From the human T2T-CHM13v2.0 reference genome, Homo sapiens, in the NCBI RefSeq assembly GCF_009914755.1, contig NC_060925.1: a stretch of 64,000 nt of DNA. One strand, written 5' to 3'. The number at the start of each line of letters is the position of its first letter. The first letter of the stretch is position 1. The notes beneath the pieces were generated by a model. It had not been told where the DNA came from. It saw nothing but the letters and a program-made list of their open reading frames with translations, and ran no database searches. The position numbers and the translations under genes are program-made. Positions 57,642-64,000 of the stretch are shown in pieces.

Positions 57642-57674
57642 ATGATCCAGAATGTCGGAAATCACCTGCGACGG
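57642..57674 (+). CDS. ACOT11: ACOT11 (acyl-CoA thioesterase 11 / THEM1 / BFIT) first coding exon; gene continues beyond the window
   Basis: GCG-ATG-ATC-CAG-AAT-GTC-GGA-AAT-CAC-CTG-CGA-CGG = MIQNVGNHLRR, the N-terminus of human ACOT11 as I recall it. Followed immediately by a phase-0 donor CGG|GTATGG at 57675. GC-rich promoter directly upstream. Confidence 0.93.
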
Positions 57675-59279
57675 GTATGGAGGGTGGGCTGGGGCAGCGG
57701 GAGGGCTCTGGAAGCTGGGCACCCAGAAAGAGATTGATGTTTCCATTTTAACTCAGATGCTCTGCATCTCCTCACACTCTCCACGGGCCATTTTCTAGCT
57801 CTCTTTGGAAGGAGAAATTGCAGAACCCCTGGGCTGGTTTATTATCAGCAGCAATCTCCAAACAAGCCCCAGGGGCTGTCAGATCCCCCACGGGCTGGCT
57901 GTGTAGAGTGGAATCACCTTCAGCAAGTGTCGGCCTCTGGAATTCTATTCGGTGGGTGTATGTTTCTCCCTGCAGAGTTCTGTGTATGTTTCTGGGGGAT
58001 GTCTGAGCTCCATGGCCTTGTGGTGCTTCATGCTCAGAGCTCAGGACCCCAAAGCCACAAAGCTGATGGGAGTGACAGGGTGTGAGGTATGGGTGTGAGT
58101 GAGTATGTGTGGTGGGGTGAGGTCGGCGTTCTTGGGGAGCAGAACCTCTTGGGGAGAGCAAGCACAGGATCACATGACGGCTGCGGAAAGCTGTCCTGCA
58201 AGGTGACCTTGAAGAGAACTTTTCCCTGCGCTTTGGAGCTGAGATTAGTTGCTGAGGCACACGGCAGACCCAAGTGCCCAGCAGCGCCTGGCAGTGGATG
58301 GAGTGTATGGAGATGGGCTCAGGACAGACTGGCAGAGGTTGTAAGACTGGCAGAGGCTGACCTCTGAGGATATTTTCAGGAAAAGCCTTTTTTTAAAGGG
58401 GCTGGAACAATTAAATGTCTTATCTATCCTCTCCCTCCATCTGCACAGCCACTGCACAACTCAGCATCCTCACCGGGCCCTGTGCATCTTGTCTCCCCTG
58501 GCTCCCCCATTCCATGTCAGCCCCTTTCAGTCCACTCTCCACACTGGAGGGATGCTTCTAAAAAGTAAATGTGCTGACTCCTCACCTGCTCACACGGCTA
58601 CCCGAGGATGATTTTCACATCCCTTACTTGAGACGAAGGGATGTTGGCACTCTGGCTCCTGCCCATGCCTCCCTTTTTCTTCCACCATCCCCACCCCTCT
58701 GCTGTCCCTGCTTCAGCCATAGTGAGCTGCTCTCCGCGGCTTCGGTGTCCCACTTTTGTTCTCTCCTCCAGGCTGTTGTACTTGCTATGTCTTCTGCCGG
58801 AGTTACCCCCAGCCTTCCTGCATCTCCCCAAACTTGTGTCCCCAGCAAGTTCCTTCTGAGCCCTCAGATCTCAGCTCAGGTGCTGCCTCCTCTGGAAGTC
58901 CTTCTCAGATTTCTCATGACACCATGAGCCTCTGTGTTAGCCCCTTTTCACACTGGATTGTGTGCTAGACTGGCACATACATCCCTCCCACCAGCCAGGG
59001 AGCAACACGAGGCTGCTCTTGGTATACCCAGCACGGGGACGGGTGTGGCCAGAGGCCAGGGAATGCTTAATGAATGAATGGGGACAGGCAGCTTTTCAGC
59101 AGCGAGGCTAAGGGTGGGATCTGAGTAGCAGGGCCGCTTGCTCTTGTCACCTGAGTGCAGGGCAGAGTGTCTCCCAGGAGGGAGGGGCTCCTCGTATCTT
59201 CTCTTGTGCCCTGTTGTATTTAACCCTTTATGACTTTTTCCTTCATCAGTAACTGGGGGCAAGGCACTGGGGAAGAGGC

Positions 59280-59510
59280 ATATCGTTATCACTGTTTTAC
59301 AGAGATAACAATAGTAACAAATCTTCACATAGCTCTTTGCATTTATGAACTCATTCAGTTCTCTATGAGGTAGGTACAGTTATCATCCCCGTATCCCAGA
59401 TAAGGACCCTCACAGAGGGTAAGTGACTTGCCCAAGATCACACTGGTAGGAAGTGGCAGAGCTGGGATTAGAACCCAGCAGTTTGGCCCCAGAGTCTGAG
59501 CTCTTAAGGA
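59280..59510 (-). mobile_element. MIR element (other MIRs at ~4290-4430, 11500-11720, 26545-26720, 29640-29950, 54040-54250)
   Basis: AGAGGGTAAGTGACTTGCCCAAGATCACAC...GGCAGAGCTGGGATTAGAACCCAG. Confidence 0.7.
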
Positions 59511-60155
59511 GCCTGAGGCTCAGCCAGATGAAGGCGCAGATGTGGGATTCCAACCCACACGTCCTGACTCTGAGCCCAGCTGGCATTCAGCTTCCTTGCA
59601 CTACCTTTGTTGAGTCTGGGGGTGGAGGTGGGTATTGGGAGTGGAAGTTGGGCTCTTGAGGACACAGGTAGCCTCCTGTCAGCTAAGAACACTCTGGCCT
59701 TGATTGCCACCTCTGCACCATTGTCTGGATGGCAGATCTCTTTGGATTTCTCTTGAATTCCCTTAGTTCCTCTGGAATACAAGAGGGTTTGGGAACATTT
59801 TCTGGCTTGGTACCAAAGCTGTTTTTAATGAAAAGCAAACAAGCAAACAAATAAACAATCCCTGGCCAGCTGTGGTGGCTCACACCTGTCATCCTAGCAC
59901 TTTGGGAGGCTGAGGCAGGTGAATTGCTTGAGCTCAGGAGTTTGAGACTAGCTAGGCCAACATGGTGAAACCCCATCTCTACCAAAAATACGAAAAAAAA
60001 AATAGCTGGGCATAGTGGTGTGCACCTGTGGACCCAGCTACTCGGGAGGCTGAGGTGGGAGGATCACTTGAGCCTGCCTGGGAGGCGGAGGCTGCAGTGA
60101 GCCAAGATCATGCTACTGTACTCTAGCCTGGATGACAGAGTGAGATCCTGTCTCA

Positions 60156-60527
<372 letters not shown>

Positions 60528-61036
60528 TTAATAGGGACTAAACTGGGAACAGAAGAGGGGGTCTCAGATAATCCACAAGCCCCACTTTGCATGGTTGGGG
60601 GCCATTTTCAGTGTCCTGTGGCACTGTAGACAGAGTCAGCATTGGAGTTCAAGGGCTCTGGTCCCTACTCGCCCCTGGGTACCCAGCAAGTGAGTGGGCG
60701 ACTGAATGAAGTGGTCAGCCTGCTGCCACGCTCGGGGCTGGGAGAACTGCTGAGTGCAGTGTGGTGGTGCGGGAAAGGTCTCCCTGTCCCGCTTCAATCC
60801 TTGCCTCTCCCCGTGGAGAGCTCTTCTTTCCCTTTCCAAGATGTCAGTCTACACTGGGCACTGAGTCTCACATTTCTGGGCTAGCAGGGACCCACTGGTG
60901 CCCTCGTAGGAGGTGGGCAAGGGTCCTGGGAAGCCTGGGAACCTCTGCCCAGCCTCAGGTCTAGCCTGGCCCAGGTCAGCTCTCAGTGGGGCTCAGAAGC
61001 TTTTTTTACTCCAGAAATGGTGATGGGGCTGGCTGT

Positions 61037-61084
<48 letters not shown>

Positions 61085-61986
61085 TGTTTTTGTTTTTGTT
61101 TTGAGATGGAGTCTCATTCTGTCACCCAGGAGTGCGGTGGTGGTGTAATCTTGGCTCACTGCAGCCTCTGCCTCCTGGATTCAAGGAATTCTCCTGCCTC
61201 AGCCTCCGGAGTAGCTGGGATTACAGGTGCCCACCACCACACCCAGCTAATTTTTGTATTAGCCTCCAACCACACAATGCAATCCTACTGTTTTACCTTG
61301 AACCTGAGGACAGCTGGAGGGCTCCCCACAACCTCTCAGCTTCATAAGGGGTCTAACCCAGAGTGTGGGGAGGTTCAGGCACAACAGTTGGATGTTCACC
61401 CCACGGTTCACGGTGTGACCTTTGGCCAGGGGTTCCTCTCTCTAGGCCTTAGGGTGCTGGGTGATCCCTGAGGTCCCCACCAGCCTGGACATCCTGGGGC
61501 TCTGAATGTTTGTGAAGGGTTTGTCTGCCACCATGAAGTTGATCCTGACAGTGAGAGGCAGGGTCCCGTCTCTCTTGAGGACCCTACTCTGTGTTGGAGG
61601 TGGGGAGACCTTAGACATAAAATGATGGGCCTATCATATACGAGGAGTCCCAAAACTGCTGAATGAATGAGTGACCACAGGTGCTCAGAAGCAGGCTGAG
61701 GTGGTCCTAGAAGGCTTCCTGGAGGAAGAGGTGAGACTTGAACATGTAGCATCAGCCTGTTCAGGAGCCATATGTGAACCCCCAGCCTCAGCCATGGGCA
61801 GACACTCTTAGTGTTTTTTTTGTTTGTTTGTTTTTGAGGCAGAGTCTCACTCTGTCTCCCAGGCTGGAGTGCTGGAGTACAGTGGTGCCATCTCAGCTAA
61901 CTGCAACCTCCACCTCTCTGGTTCAAGCGATTCTCATTTCTCGGCCTCCTGAGTAGCTGGGACTACAGGTGCGTGCCATCGGCTAA

Positions 61987-62410
<424 letters not shown>

Positions 62411-62515
62411 TAGGCCTCCCAAAGTGCTGGGATTACAGGCGTGAACCACCATGCCCGGCCAGTGTTCTTAATTTATCTGGAGGACTCTTTTTTTGCTCTC
62501 CAAAATTTTATTTTA

Positions 62516-64000
<1,485 letters not shown>

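Noticed and set aside
57510-57737. 75-aa ORF containing MIQNVGNHLRR as a single-exon gene
   Set aside because: The real start is ATG 57642 and the exon ends at the GT donor at 57675. The rest is UTR and intron read-through.

Overview
Primate (very probably human) Alu-dense euchromatin, not microbial DNA. The only protein-coding sequence I can support is the first coding exon of ACOT11 (MIQNVGNHLRR, 57642-57674, + strand, GT donor follows). Its CpG/GC-box promoter sits directly upstream. A second CpG island about 6 kb upstream (51360-52330) ends in a strong splice donor and looks like an alternative first exon. By recall this places the window at 1p32.3 between SSBP3 and ACOT11. The other ~57 kb is intergenic: dozens of Alus (many nested or tandem), MIR/L2, decayed L1M, MaLR LTRs (MLT1, MST, THE1), a MER41A solo LTR and MER3/MER5A DNA elements. 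Several L1-mobilised cellular RNAs have readable target-site duplications (TSDs): a near full-length HNRNPA1 processed pseudogene, a 3' TALDO1 processed pseudogene, a tailless 35-nt U6 fragment and an L1PA3-like 3' end carrying an apparent 3' transduction. The most striking anomaly is a perfectly pure (AAACC)55 array in the tail of an old AluJ-type element (19752-20026). Other points of interest are an ultra-short Alu insertion, a ~475-bp Alu tandem duplication and several homeodomain-motif-rich non-repetitive blocks that look like developmental enhancers. Almost all ORFs in the supplied track are Alu or repeat artefacts. Repeat subfamily names come from memory of consensus sequences, and boundaries are approximate unless a TSD is cited.
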